Shown here: positions 45,897 to 56,000 of the stretch, piece by piece
How positions within the stretch are numbered: the first letter of the stretch is position 1
Layout: every line of letters starts with the position of its first letter
Virus record (IMG/VR): IMGVR_UViG_3300043414_000372
Location: 165,852-229,851 of that record
DNA from: a virus
Lineage: Duplodnaviria; Caudoviricetes
Length of the DNA stretch: 64,000 bases
Strand: one strand, 5' to 3'
Notes under the pieces: generated by a model
Database searches by the model: none
What the model saw: only the letters and a program-made list of their open reading frames with translations
What the model was told of the DNA's origin: nothing
Made by a program: the position numbers and the translations under genes

Positions 45897-47093
45897 ATGT
45901 CAAAAGTATTATTAGAAGGCCGTTGGAACGAGACCAAAGAAGCCCTGTTAGAAGGTCTAAAAGGAACTCGCCGTTCAACTATGGGTGTTATCTTAGAAAA
46001 CACCAAAAAGCAACTACTTGCTGAAAGTTCAGCAGGTACAACAACTGCTGGTAACATCGCTACATTAAACCGTGTGATTCTTCCAGTTATCCGTCGTGTC
46101 ATGCCAACCGTTATCGCTAACGAATTGGTAGGTGTTCAACCAATGACAGGACCAGTTGGTCAAATTCATACTCTACGTGTTCGCTATGCAAACAATTTAA
46201 CAGACAACAGTGCTGCTCAAACTAGCGTTACAGCTGGTCAAGAAGCATTAAGTCCATTCTTGATTGCTCAAGCATATTCACGTACACCGTATGATACACA
46301 ATCTACAAGCTATTACACTGGTAATGACACTGCTGCCCTAGAAGGCAATGGTGGTAAGCAAATCAGTGTACAAATCTTACGTCAAGCTGTTGAAGCTAAG
46401 TCACGTAAGTTGCAAGCACGTTGGACATTTGAAGCTGCTCAAGACGCACAATCTCAACACGGGATTGACGTTGAAGCAGAAATCATGGCCGCTTTAGCAC
46501 AAGAAATTACTGCTGAAATCGACCAAGAAATCTTGTTGTCTCTTGCTACTCTAGCTACAACTGAGTACACATACAACCAAGCTACTGTATCTGGTACAGC
46601 TACATACGTTGGTGACGAACACGCTGCTCTAGCTGTTCTTATCAATCGTGTTGCTAACTTGATCGCTCAACGTACCCGTCGTGGTGCTGGTAACTGGGCC
46701 GTTGTATCTCCAGCTTCATTGACAGTATTGCAATCTGCAACTACTTCAGCGTTTGCTCGTACTACAGAAGGTACATTCGAAGCACCTACAAACACTAAGT
46801 TTGTTGGTACATTGAATGGCGCTATGCGTGTGTTCGTAAACAGCTATGCTCCTGATACACAACCTGTATTGGTTGGTTACAAAGGTTCAAGCGAAACTGA
46901 TGCAGCAGCATTCTATTGCCCATACATTCCATTGATGAGCAGTGGTGTTGTTCTAGATCCATCAACATTCGAACCAGTCGTGTCATTTATGACAAGGTAT
47001 GGGTACATAGAATTAACGAATACAGCGTCATCATTCGGTAATGCGGCTGACTATGTTGGGGAAATTGCGGTCCAGAACTTGACCTTCCAATGA
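45897..47093 (+). CDS. gp23: Major capsid protein, T4 gp23-like (398 aa)
   Basis: IRRVMPTVIANELVGVQPMTGPVGQIHTLR, AKSRKLQARWTFEAAQD, EITAEIDQEI, GYKG...AAFYCPYIPL and FMTRYG. SD AGGAG at 45884-88 supports a start at 45897 rather than 45831. Confidence 0.97.
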   Translation: MSKVLLEGRWNETKEALLEGLKGTRRSTMGVILENTKKQLLAESSAGTTTAGNIATLNRVILPVIRRVMPTVIANELVGVQPMTGPVGQIHTLRVRYANNLTDNSAAQTSVTAGQEALSPFLIAQAYSRTPYDTQSTSYYTGNDTAALEGNGGKQISVQILRQAVEAKSRKLQARWTFEAAQDAQSQHGIDVEAEIMAALAQEITAEIDQEILLSLATLATTEYTYNQATVSGTATYVGDEHAALAVLINRVANLIAQRTRRGAGNWAVVSPASLTVLQSATTSAFARTTEGTFEAPTNTKFVGTLNGAMRVFVNSYAPDTQPVLVGYKGSSETDAAAFYCPYIPLMSSGVVLDPSTFEPVVSFMTRYGYIELTNTASSFGNAADYVGEIAVQNLTFQ

Positions 47094-47135
47094 AATCAAG
47101 CACTTACAAGTGCATTTGAAAGTAATTTAACAAAC

Positions 47136-47160
47136 AAAGGGTGCTTCGGCACCCTTTTTT
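47136..47160 (+). terminator. Rho-independent terminator with C(UUCG)G loop
   Basis: AAAGGGTGC-TTCG-GCACCCTTTTTT directly after the capsid gene. Confidence 0.9.
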
Positions 47161-47191
47161 GTATCTAAAATTAGTGAAATGTGAGATTATG

Positions 47192-47199
47192 TATAAATA
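47192..47199 (+). promoter_or_regulatory. T4-type late promoter TATAAATA upstream of the HNH gene
   Basis: Exact consensus, 5 nt before ATG 47205. Confidence 0.72.
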
Positions 47200-47204
47200 T
47201 TATT

Positions 47205-47957
47205 ATGCTTACAAACAAATACTCTAAAACTTACTTTGCTATAACCTCTACTGCTAAACAACGCACGACTGAGGGATATACAGAACTACATCATATTGTG
47301 CCTCAATCAATGGGCGGTAGTAATGACAAAGAAAATCTTGTAGAACTAACAGCAAGAGAACATTTTATTTGTCATTGGTTGTTAATTAAGATGACCGAAG
47401 GCAAAGATAGAAGCAAGATGTTATACGCTCTCAATGGAATGAAAGCAGAGAATAGATATCAACAAAGATACAATACAAAAATTACAGCAAGAGTGTATGA
47501 GACATATAGAATAGAACATGCAGAAAATCATAGTAAGACGATGAAAGGTAGACCTGCATGGAACAAAGGAATAAAACTAGAAGGTGAAGAATTGGAGCAA
47601 CATCGTGAACGAACTAGGAATAGGAAAATTGATCCTATTAAACAAGCAGAGGGGCAGCGAAAAAGAGTAGAAAAAATCATAGGTCAAAAACGAAATGACG
47701 ATACTCGTAAAAAAATGTCAGAGTCTCATACCGGTAAAATAAAAGGCCCTCAATCAGATGAGCATAGACTTGCTATCAGTTTAGGTGGTAAAGGCATAAA
47801 GAAAGTAAAGACACACGGAACAAATGTAGCCAAAGCAAACATAGGAAACATTAGCATCAACAAAGATGATATAGAAAAGAAAGTAAAACAAGACACATTA
47901 CAAAGTTATCTAGCACTGGGTTGGCAACTAGGTGGCAAAAAGCGTAAAACAATATAA
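47205..47957 (+). CDS. Free-standing HNH homing endonuclease with NUMOD3-like DNA-binding repeats
   Basis: ELHHIVPQSMGGSNDKENLVELTAREHFICHWLL (HNH), then HSKTMKGRPAWNKG and RKKMSESHTGK-type repeats. Late box TATAAATA at 47192-99 supports the ATG at 47205. Confidence 0.85.
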   Translation: MLTNKYSKTYFAITSTAKQRTTEGYTELHHIVPQSMGGSNDKENLVELTAREHFICHWLLIKMTEGKDRSKMLYALNGMKAENRYQQRYNTKITARVYETYRIEHAENHSKTMKGRPAWNKGIKLEGEELEQHRERTRNRKIDPIKQAEGQRKRVEKIIGQKRNDDTRKKMSESHTGKIKGPQSDEHRLAISLGGKGIKKVKTHGTNVAKANIGNISINKDDIEKKVKQDTLQSYLALGWQLGGKKRKTI

Positions 47958-47995
47958 ATACAATATCTCAATGGGATGGGAAGAAACACTAAGAG
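47945..47995 (+). repeat. Direct repeat copy 1 (51 bp; contains late promoter TATAAATA)
   Basis: taaaacaatataaatacaatatctcaatgggatgggaagaaacactaagag. 49/51 identical to 48770-48820, with the first 44 nt identical. Confidence 0.95.
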
Positions 47996-48011
47996 AACCA
48001 GTGAATATAAA

Positions 48012-48782
48012 ATGATTAGATATTGCGTATTATCACTACCTAGAACGGGTAGTACTTGGTTACTTGAAGGAATTGCAAGTCACCTTTCATCTACCTACCC
48101 AGATAAAAATTTTATAAATTTAGGTGAATTTTTTACCCCATCTATTAATCTGCATAAGTCGGAGATGTATAATAAATATTATGTAGACAAAGATAAACTA
48201 ATAAAAAAAATTAAACAAGACGATATTGTTTTAGAAAACTCAGAACATGTTGTATCTTTTATCAATAAACGATTAGATATTTTGCTTGATGGTAGTGAAC
48301 AACAGTCAATGATTTTAAAGTACATGTATTCAAACTATGTAGATAAAAGGATCAATGATTTAGAAAATCTTACAAAAATAAAAAATCACAATTTTACTAT
48401 TGTTAATATAAACCGTGATGTTTTTGAAAGTACTGTAAGTTATTTGGTTAGTAAGCAAACTAATATCTGGATAAAATCAACATTGTGGAATAATAAAAAT
48501 ATAGAATCTGTTACCAATTCTAGTATTACGATACAACCAAGTTATTTTAAATTAGTGTATAATACATTTTTGCAAGTAAGCAGAGAAAAACAAAAACTAG
48601 CAGAGGATTTGTGTTGCGTAACTGTAGATTACAAAACATTAGCCCAAGACTGTAATATTAACAAAGTACCATTTGAAGAAAACAATAATTGCCAAAAATT
48701 ATACGACATAGATTATAATACAATTATAACCAATTATGATGAAATATTAAGATTGAAAGCTGAAATTGATAAAACAATATAA
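48012..48782 (+). CDS. Sulfotransferase-family (P-loop, Stf0-like) protein
   Basis: YCVLSLPRTGSTWL (5'-PSB PAPS-binding loop) and INRDVFESTVSY (3'-PB-like). Markedly AT-rich. The start may be 47976, inside the repeat. Confidence 0.6.
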   Translation: MIRYCVLSLPRTGSTWLLEGIASHLSSTYPDKNFINLGEFFTPSINLHKSEMYNKYYVDKDKLIKKIKQDDIVLENSEHVVSFINKRLDILLDGSEQQSMILKYMYSNYVDKRINDLENLTKIKNHNFTIVNINRDVFESTVSYLVSKQTNIWIKSTLWNNKNIESVTNSSITIQPSYFKLVYNTFLQVSREKQKLAEDLCCVTVDYKTLAQDCNINKVPFEENNNCQKLYDIDYNTIITNYDEILRLKAEIDKTI

Positions 48783-48820
48783 ATACAATATCTCAATGGG
48801 ATGGGAAGAAACATTAAGGG
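48770..48820 (+). repeat. Direct repeat copy 2 (51 bp; contains late promoter TATAAATA)
   Basis: taaaacaatataaatacaatatctcaatgggatgggaagaaacattaaggg. Confidence 0.95.
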
Positions 48821-48838
48821 CATGAAAGTGCCTTTTTT
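48817..48838 (+). terminator. Rho-independent terminator with GAAA loop
   Basis: AGGGCAT-GAAA-GTGCCTTTTTT. Confidence 0.8.
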
Positions 48839-48855
48839 GTTGGCTCTAACATCAG

Positions 48856-48863
48856 CATAAATA
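48856..48863 (+). promoter_or_regulatory. Late promoter CATAAATA upstream of the six-LamG gene
   Basis: One mismatch from consensus, 4 nt before ATG 48868, just after a terminator. Confidence 0.7.
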
Positions 48864-48867
48864 CATT

Positions 48868-51800
48868 ATGTCAATCAACTTAACAGATGGGATGAGTACC
48901 TCGGGCGGATCGTCCATGTCGCCACAAATATTTTCGGGTAGTATGGAATTTACCGCAGGACAAAATCTTCAATTAAGTCCAGCTTCTACTCAGTTTGATT
49001 TAATAGGTGATTTTACTATTGAAGCATGGATATATCCAACTTCTTATCTAGATGGTAGTTGGACAGGCGCTTCAATATTTGATGCTAGAGTTAATGGTGG
49101 TACTGACGCACCATGGGCAGTTGGTATATCTTATGCCGGCAACCTTGCTTTTTGGGATGGAACTTTATATCCCGGTAATGGTGTTGTTGAATTAAATGTT
49201 TGGACACATGTTGCTTATGTTAGATACGGAGCTGATCTTAATTTTTATATAAATGGTGTATTAGATGCAACAGGTGATATTGGTACAGGACCAATAAGTC
49301 CAGGATTGACTCAACCAGTTGTTGGCTCAAAAGATATTGCGGGACCATACGGCACAGTTGGTAACATCAGCAACTTAAGAATAGTTGTTGGGGTAGCAGT
49401 ATATACATCAGCATTTACTCCAAGCACTAGTCCATTAACAGTAACACAACCTGCAAATTTTAATGGTAATCCAAGCAGTGTAGTACCATACGACAACACA
49501 GTATTGTTATTGAATAGTGATGATAATGGATTTAATTTTTTAGATAGATCAAAAAATAACTTTACATTAATAGGGCCAAACATGCCATTGCCAAGTGCCA
49601 TGTCACCCTTCATTGGCAGTATAAGTTTTAATGGCACTAGTGATTACTTAATTGTACCGTCAAACACAGGATTTGATCAAAACGGTATATTCACTTGGGA
49701 ATGTTGGTTTTATCCAACATATATAGCTGGCGGATATCTTTGGGGTGAAAGTCAATATGGATTTATGGGTTTAGGTATAGGCAGCGGCGGGATTCCCGGA
49801 AAATTATATGTTGATATGTGTTCTGTAGGGCCTGTAATAATATCAAATACTACAATTACAGCAAATAGTTGGTATCATGTGGCTTTGGTATATGATGGTA
49901 CTAATACTAAATTATACTTAAATGGTATATTAGAAGGTACTTATTCGGGAGGGGGAGCAGCATCCGGTGCCCCATTATGGATTGGCAATTATAATAATGG
50001 TTCTTTATATTACACTGGTTATATTTCTAACTTTCGCATTGTAAAAGGAGTAGCAGTTTACACTAGTAACTTTAGTGTACCCCCAAATGTATTAACCAGT
50101 GTACAGGGTGCAAATATTAACGGATTCCCTAGCAGCGCAATTAGTAGTACACAAACAAGTTTATTATTAAGTACACCAAACAATAATAATTCATACTTAG
50201 TAGATAGTTCAATATATCAGAATATAGTATTGGGTCCACTAATGCCCACACCAAGTTCAGTTGTATCGATTACTGATGGTAATTTTGATGGTAGTATATT
50301 GTTCAACGGCACTAGTGATTACTTAACTGTTGATAATAGTGGAGCCAGCCCCGAGTTTAAATTTGGGGCAGGTGATTGGACTATCGAATGCTGGGTATAT
50401 ACTACTGCCAGTGATATAACTCAGGGTATTATATCAAAAATTTATAATATAGGCCTCAACGCCGGCGCATTCTTGTTGTACATTAACGCAAGCAATATAC
50501 CTACATTGTTGTCTTGTGCGAATGAAGGTGGCAGTGGTTGGACCATTGGAATAGGTATAACTACAATCACTACTAATACATGGAATCATATCGCAGTTAC
50601 TCGTAACGGAAATGTATTTACTATATGGGTTAATGGAGTATTATCCGATACTGTAACTAGTAGTTTTATTCTTTCTGATAATCCCGGTGTTCCGGTCGCA
50701 ATAGGTTCGGCCGATTATTTGGGTAACCCTTCTTTCTTGTTTCACGGCAACATCAGCAACATGCGTGTAACAAAAGGAGTAGCAGTTTACACTAGTAACT
50801 TTACTCCAAGCAGGCAAAGTTTGACATCAACGCAGAGTCTAAATATCAACGGTATTCCAAGTGCTGCAATTACTGGAACAGAAACAAGTTTATTATTAAA
50901 CACACCAAACGATGTAAATTATCTAGTAGATAGTTCAAGTTATAATTTTACAGTAACACCAATTGGTTCACCTACGGCATCAAGTTCTATACCTACGGTT
51001 GCAGTAGCAAATGGTAGTTCATTGTTTAATGGTACTAGTGATTACTTAACCGTTGCTAGCAATACCGCATTTGATTTTGGTACAGGAGATTTTACATTAG
51101 AAGCGTGGATAAACACTACCGCAGCGAACGCCGGAGATTTCTTTATAATATCATCTAGTGGAGCAGGTGGATTCTTTTTTGGATATAACTCTGTTGCCGC
51201 TGAATATGGTTGGGGTAGAACAGCGGTAGCATGGGACGGATATGGCGGGTTTACTAAAACTGACAATGTGTGGCAGCATATTGCAATATCTAGACAAGGT
51301 ACTAGTATCAGAATGTTTCTTAACGGGGCACAGTCAGTTGCGGCTCAAACAAATAGTACTGCATATGATTTAAGTACCACAAGTACAACAGCTGGTTCTC
51401 AGGGTGCTGAATATTATTTTCCAGGTTACATGAGCAATTTGCGTGTAGTTAAAGGCTTAGCAGTATACACTGGCACTTTTACAGTACCAACTGCACCATT
51501 TACAAATATACAAGATGCAAATGTTAATGGTAATCCTTCAGCAGCAATTACAGGTAGTCAAACAAGTTTACTACTAAACACATATAATTCAAATATTAAT
51601 AGAGTAGATAACTCTACACATAATTTCTTGGTATCAAGTCCTAACACACCTATACCAGATTCTTCAGCGCCAACATTTACTAACGGTAGTTCATTATATA
51701 ATGGAAACTATTATGTTATTCCATACTCAGAGTATGGAAATCTTTTAGATCAAAATGGCGCATGGACTATAGAAGCATGGGTATATCTAACAGGAGTTGG

Positions 51801-53028
51801 TAATGCTGGAACAATTCTTTGGGGAATGAATGGAGTATTTTGGGGTGTTAATTGGTCGGCTAATATAGTAAATCGTTTTGTTGCTAGCGCCCCTTATATA
51901 GGTGGTATAACTTCAATAAATGAATATAGTGAACTTAATACCTGGTATCATGTAGCATTGAGTTCAGATGGCACTACTACTAGATTATTTGTTAATGGTA
52001 ACTTAGAAGGATCGTTCAATGGAACTGGAGGTGTAGTAGGTTTTCCTGGACAAAATCCTTTATTATTAGGTAATGGGTTTAATGGACCGTATACGTATGA
52101 AATTGTAGGTAACCTATCAAACTTTCGTGTTGTTAAAGGTGTAGCAGTTTATACTACTAACTTTACTCCACCGACAAATGATTTAACTGCGGTACAAGAA
52201 GCGAATATTAACGGATATCCATCAGCAGCAATTACAGGATTTCAAACAAGTTTATTGTTGAATAGTACTAATAATATATTGAATAATTTTGATAGTTCAA
52301 CACATCAACTATTTGTAGGTTGTACGACCAACCCCGTACCAGCAGCATGGAACCCATACAATTTAGGAAGTATACTATTTCACGATGGTTGTTATCTTCA
52401 AACTAATAATAGCACTGTTTTTAATTTTGATACTAATGATTTTACCATTGAAACTTGGGCATACTGGGCTACTGCAAAAACAGGTAACGAAACTATTTTT
52501 GAAGGTAATTCTGTTTCTGGAATAAGATTGATATTTGGTATATCGGACACAGGCGTTCGTTTGTATATGTATGATGGCTCGGGCGGTGAATTTGGATGTT
52601 CATACGCATTCTCAGTTGACACTTGGTATCATATAGCAGTGGTCAGACTTGGTGGAAATATATCTATATACGTTAACGGAACACTAGCAAATACCCCGTT
52701 TGTAGACTCAAAAGTGTGGGCATTTACCGTAGAAACTATAGGTAAAAATAGTGATGGGGTTGAACCGTATACCGGTGATATAAGTAACCTAAGAATAGTT
52801 AACGGCACAGCAGTATATACAGGTAACTTTACTACACCAACTCAATCACTGAATGTTTCACAAAATGCTGGCACAAATATTAATCCAGTAACTCCATATC
52901 AGACCAGTTTATTATTGAATACTATAGATAGTCCTAACAATTTACTAGATAGTAGTATCTATAATCTTACTTTATCCATTGCAGGAACACCTACAGCAGT
53001 AATTAATAATCCATTTGGACCACTATAA
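48868..53028 (+). CDS. Virion protein with six tandem LamG/concanavalin A-like lectin modules
   Basis: Six repeats of F.GDFTIE.W.Y...W.H.A..R.G....+++NG...IG...G.ISN.R+VKG.AVYT..FT.P...AITG.QTSLLL. Confidence 0.85.
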   Translation: MSINLTDGMSTSGGSSMSPQIFSGSMEFTAGQNLQLSPASTQFDLIGDFTIEAWIYPTSYLDGSWTGASIFDARVNGGTDAPWAVGISYAGNLAFWDGTLYPGNGVVELNVWTHVAYVRYGADLNFYINGVLDATGDIGTGPISPGLTQPVVGSKDIAGPYGTVGNISNLRIVVGVAVYTSAFTPSTSPLTVTQPANFNGNPSSVVPYDNTVLLLNSDDNGFNFLDRSKNNFTLIGPNMPLPSAMSPFIGSISFNGTSDYLIVPSNTGFDQNGIFTWECWFYPTYIAGGYLWGESQYGFMGLGIGSGGIPGKLYVDMCSVGPVIISNTTITANSWYHVALVYDGTNTKLYLNGILEGTYSGGGAASGAPLWIGNYNNGSLYYTGYISNFRIVKGVAVYTSNFSVPPNVLTSVQGANINGFPSSAISSTQTSLLLSTPNNNNSYLVDSSIYQNIVLGPLMPTPSSVVSITDGNFDGSILFNGTSDYLTVDNSGASPEFKFGAGDWTIECWVYTTASDITQGIISKIYNIGLNAGAFLLYINASNIPTLLSCANEGGSGWTIGIGITTITTNTWNHIAVTRNGNVFTIWVNGVLSDTVTSSFILSDNPGVPVAIGSADYLGNPSFLFHGNISNMRVTKGVAVYTSNFTPSRQSLTSTQSLNINGIPSAAITGTETSLLLNTPNDVNYLVDSSSYNFTVTPIGSPTASSSIPTVAVANGSSLFNGTSDYLTVASNTAFDFGTGDFTLEAWINTTAANAGDFFIISSSGAGGFFFGYNSVAAEYGWGRTAVAWDGYGGFTKTDNVWQHIAISRQGTSIRMFLNGAQSVAAQTNSTAYDLSTTSTTAGSQGAEYYFPGYMSNLRVVKGLAVYTGTFTVPTAPFTNIQDANVNGNPSAAITGSQTSLLLNTYNSNINRVDNSTHNFLVSSPNTPIPDSSAPTFTNGSSLYNGNYYVIPYSEYGNLLDQNGAWTIEAWVYLTGVGNAGTILWGMNGVFWGVNWSANIVNRFVASAPYIGGITSINEYSELNTWYHVALSSDGTTTRLFVNGNLEGSFNGTGGVVGFPGQNPLLLGNGFNGPYTYEIVGNLSNFRVVKGVAVYTTNFTPPTNDLTAVQEANINGYPSAAITGFQTSLLLNSTNNILNNFDSSTHQLFVGCTTNPVPAAWNPYNLGSILFHDGCYLQTNNSTVFNFDTNDFTIETWAYWATAKTGNETIFEGNSVSGIRLIFGISDTGVRLYMYDGSGGEFGCSYAFSVDTWYHIAVVRLGGNISIYVNGTLANTPFVDSKVWAFTVETIGKNSDGVEPYTGDISNLRIVNGTAVYTGNFTTPTQSLNVSQNAGTNINPVTPYQTSLLLNTIDSPNNLLDSSIYNLTLSIAGTPTAVINNPFGPL

Positions 53029-53031
53029 ATA
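53024..53031 (+). promoter_or_regulatory. Late promoter TATAAATA upstream of the four-LamG gene
   Basis: Exact consensus, overlapping the upstream TAA stop (53026-28), 4 nt before ATG 53036. Confidence 0.72.
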
Positions 53032-53035
53032 CACT

Positions 53036-56000
53036 ATGGCAATACAAATCTCAGGTTCAACTTTAACAACTGGTATTAATAATACGGTTCAGTCCCCACC
53101 TTACGGTAGTTTATCATTTAACGGAATTAATCAATCAATAGTTACTAGTGGCACCGGGTCTGGTGCCAACGGCACTGTACTAGATATAACTACAGGATCA
53201 CCAAGTTGGACTGTAGAATGTTGGATATATACTAGTCAACTTTCACGACAAGATGTCCCTCAAATTCCATTAAATAAAGGCAATGGGCAGACTTTAGATA
53301 TTAGAGTAATTTCCGGTAACAATAGTTATGTAACATTCGGTACTAATTTTTTACAAGTACAATTTTATAGCACGACATTAGGTTGGATCTATATGAATAG
53401 TTGGCCTACTACCATGTCATTAAACACCTGGTATCACGTAGCAGTATGTAAAGATACAACAAATGGAAATCGTTATTATTTGTATTTAAATGGAGTATTG
53501 GTTAGTTCTACCCCTGATATTGTTAACTCGGCTGCTAACAACGGGCAACCATTTGAATTTGGTATGGCTATTGCTGAAACTGGCAGTGCTCAAGAATATG
53601 CTTTTAACGGATTATTAAGCAATATACGTATTGTTAAGGGCGCAGCATTATATGTTCCACCAATTGCTAGTGAACCTAGTTTGCCATTAACATCAACACA
53701 AAGTTTAAATTTATCTGGATACAATCAAGCAATTACCGGTACTCAAACTAGTTTGTTATTAACTACTCCAAACAATGCTAGCTATTTGACCGATACATCA
53801 AGTTATGCACAAACAGTAACTGGAGTTAACACCCCAACATCAAGTGCTTTAGGACCAAGTACTTATTCAGGTAGTATATTGTTTAACGGCACTAATCAAT
53901 ATTTGTCTATTGCAGCAGCAGCACAGTTTAATTATAGTACTAATGATTTTACATGGGAAATGTGGATATACCCCACAGCAGCAACTTGGACTAGTGGTAC
54001 ATTTTATCTAATAGATCACGGTCCACAAACTGTTAATCAAGGCCTTTTACATTATAGTGGTAATAAATTGATGTATTATAATTATTACAATGCAGGTAAT
54101 ATCCCACCTTATACAGCTGGCGTTGTTTATCCATCACTGTATACTATTGGTGGAGGAACTATACCTGCAAACACTTGGACACACGTTGCTGTGTGTAGAC
54201 AAAATTTAGTTACTAATATGTTTGTTAATGGACAAGTTGTATCATCTGGCCCTGACCCATATAATTATGCTACTTTATCAGGTGCACCATCTAGTAATCC
54301 CATAATATCACCTGCTACACAATCAGTAAGTATTGGTGCTAGAATAGACGGGGCTTTACCTTTTAAAGGAAACATAAGCAATGTTCGTATTGTGAATGGG
54401 GTATCAGTTTATAATGTAGGGAATTTTACTCCACCAGTACAACCACTACCAGCAGTTCAAGCACCAAATGTTATAGGTAGTCCTTCGAAGGCTATTAGCA
54501 GCAATCAAACAAGTTTACTAGTAAGTACTCCTTATACTACTAGTTTTCTTAAAGATGGTTCTTTTAACAATGTAACATTAACACAACAAACAGTAGGCAG
54601 TTTCCCTCCATCAACTTATACATTAACAAGCAATTCTACTAACCCATTCAATAGTAATGGTAGTACATTTACGCCGGGAAGTATATTTTTTAATGGTAGT
54701 AGTCAATATCTTTCTGTAGCAAGCAGCCCAACCTTAGCATTAAGTACAGGTGATTTTACAGTTGAATGTTGGGTTAATTGGTCAAGTTTAACTACATCTT
54801 CTATAATTGACAATCAATCAAGTGGTGGGTTTTGTTTATATTATGATGCTGGTGTTTATATTTCAAATTACTTAGTAGTGTCAAACAGAATAGTTAATCA
54901 ACTTACTTATCCATGGACTCCCGCATTGAACACTTGGTATCATATTGCTATCTCAAGATTAGGTACTAATTTAAGAATGTTTATCAATGGAGTTTTGGTT
55001 ACTTCAACTGATAGCGATACTACAGATTATCAAGCTGGTATTTACCAAATTGGTGCTGATCTTGGTACAGGCGCCGGCGGTTGGTATTTAAATGGTTATC
55101 TTTCTAATTTAAGAATTATTAAAGGTGCAGCAGTATATACACAATCTTTTATCCCTACATCAGGGCCATTTACTACTAGTCAAACATTTAATCAAAGTGG
55201 CATACCAAGTTGTCCGGTACAAAGTTCACAAACAGAATTACTATTAACAACTCCAAGCAATAGTAGTTATTTAACTGATAGTTCAACTAATGCGTTTACT
55301 GTAACTAATGTTGGTACTGCTACCAGTAATCCATTCAATCCGTTTTCAGAGAATTATACAATTCTTGCTAATCCTGGAAGTGTTCAGTTGAATGGTAGTA
55401 CACAATATCTAACTGTATCTAATAACACTTCATTGGACATGGCTAGTGGCGACTTTACGGTAGAGTTATGGTTTAACCCTTCTACTACTTCCGGGGCAAT
55501 ATTTACAAAACGTAATTCTAATATTAATTATTCTCCCATACAACTTATTTGGGGTAGTAGTCAATTTACAGTTTATATTTCTACGACTGGATCAAGTTGG
55601 GCTGTGTCTAGTGTAACTACCGGAAGTTATTTAACAGGTAACTGGTATCATGTTGCGTTAGTAAGAAGTAGTAACTTGATATATCTTTATGTCAATGGAG
55701 TATCTTCAATCACTCCGGTTGCAGTATCAGGGTCATTAATGACGAATGCAGATTCATTTGTTGTTGGAGCGGATGCTGCTAGTGGACCGGGGTCTGTTTT
55801 TAATGGATATATCAGTAATTTTAGAATAGTAAAAGGTGTAGCAGTATATACATCAGCATTTACCCCGCCGGCAGCCCCATTAAATAATTCTCAAGTAGCA
55901 AATCAAAGTGGTGCACCCTCAGCCGCTGTAACTGTTTCACAAACTAGTTTATTGTTAAATACCGCGTTTGGCACTAACTTTACAGTTGATAGTTCTATAA

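Noticed and set aside
48796-48860. Mini-ORFs in repeat copy 2 (MGWEETLRA*, and MGRNIKGMKVPFLLALTSA*)
   Set aside because: The longer one reads through the terminator and neither has an SD. They cannot be fully excluded as leaderless peptides, but nothing supports them.
31386-53036. Upstream starts given by the ORF track (31386, 45831, 47181, 53015; also 27813)
   Set aside because: Downstream ATGs (31428, 45897, 47205, 53036, 27807) fit SD, late-box or stop-overlap context and give family-typical N-termini.
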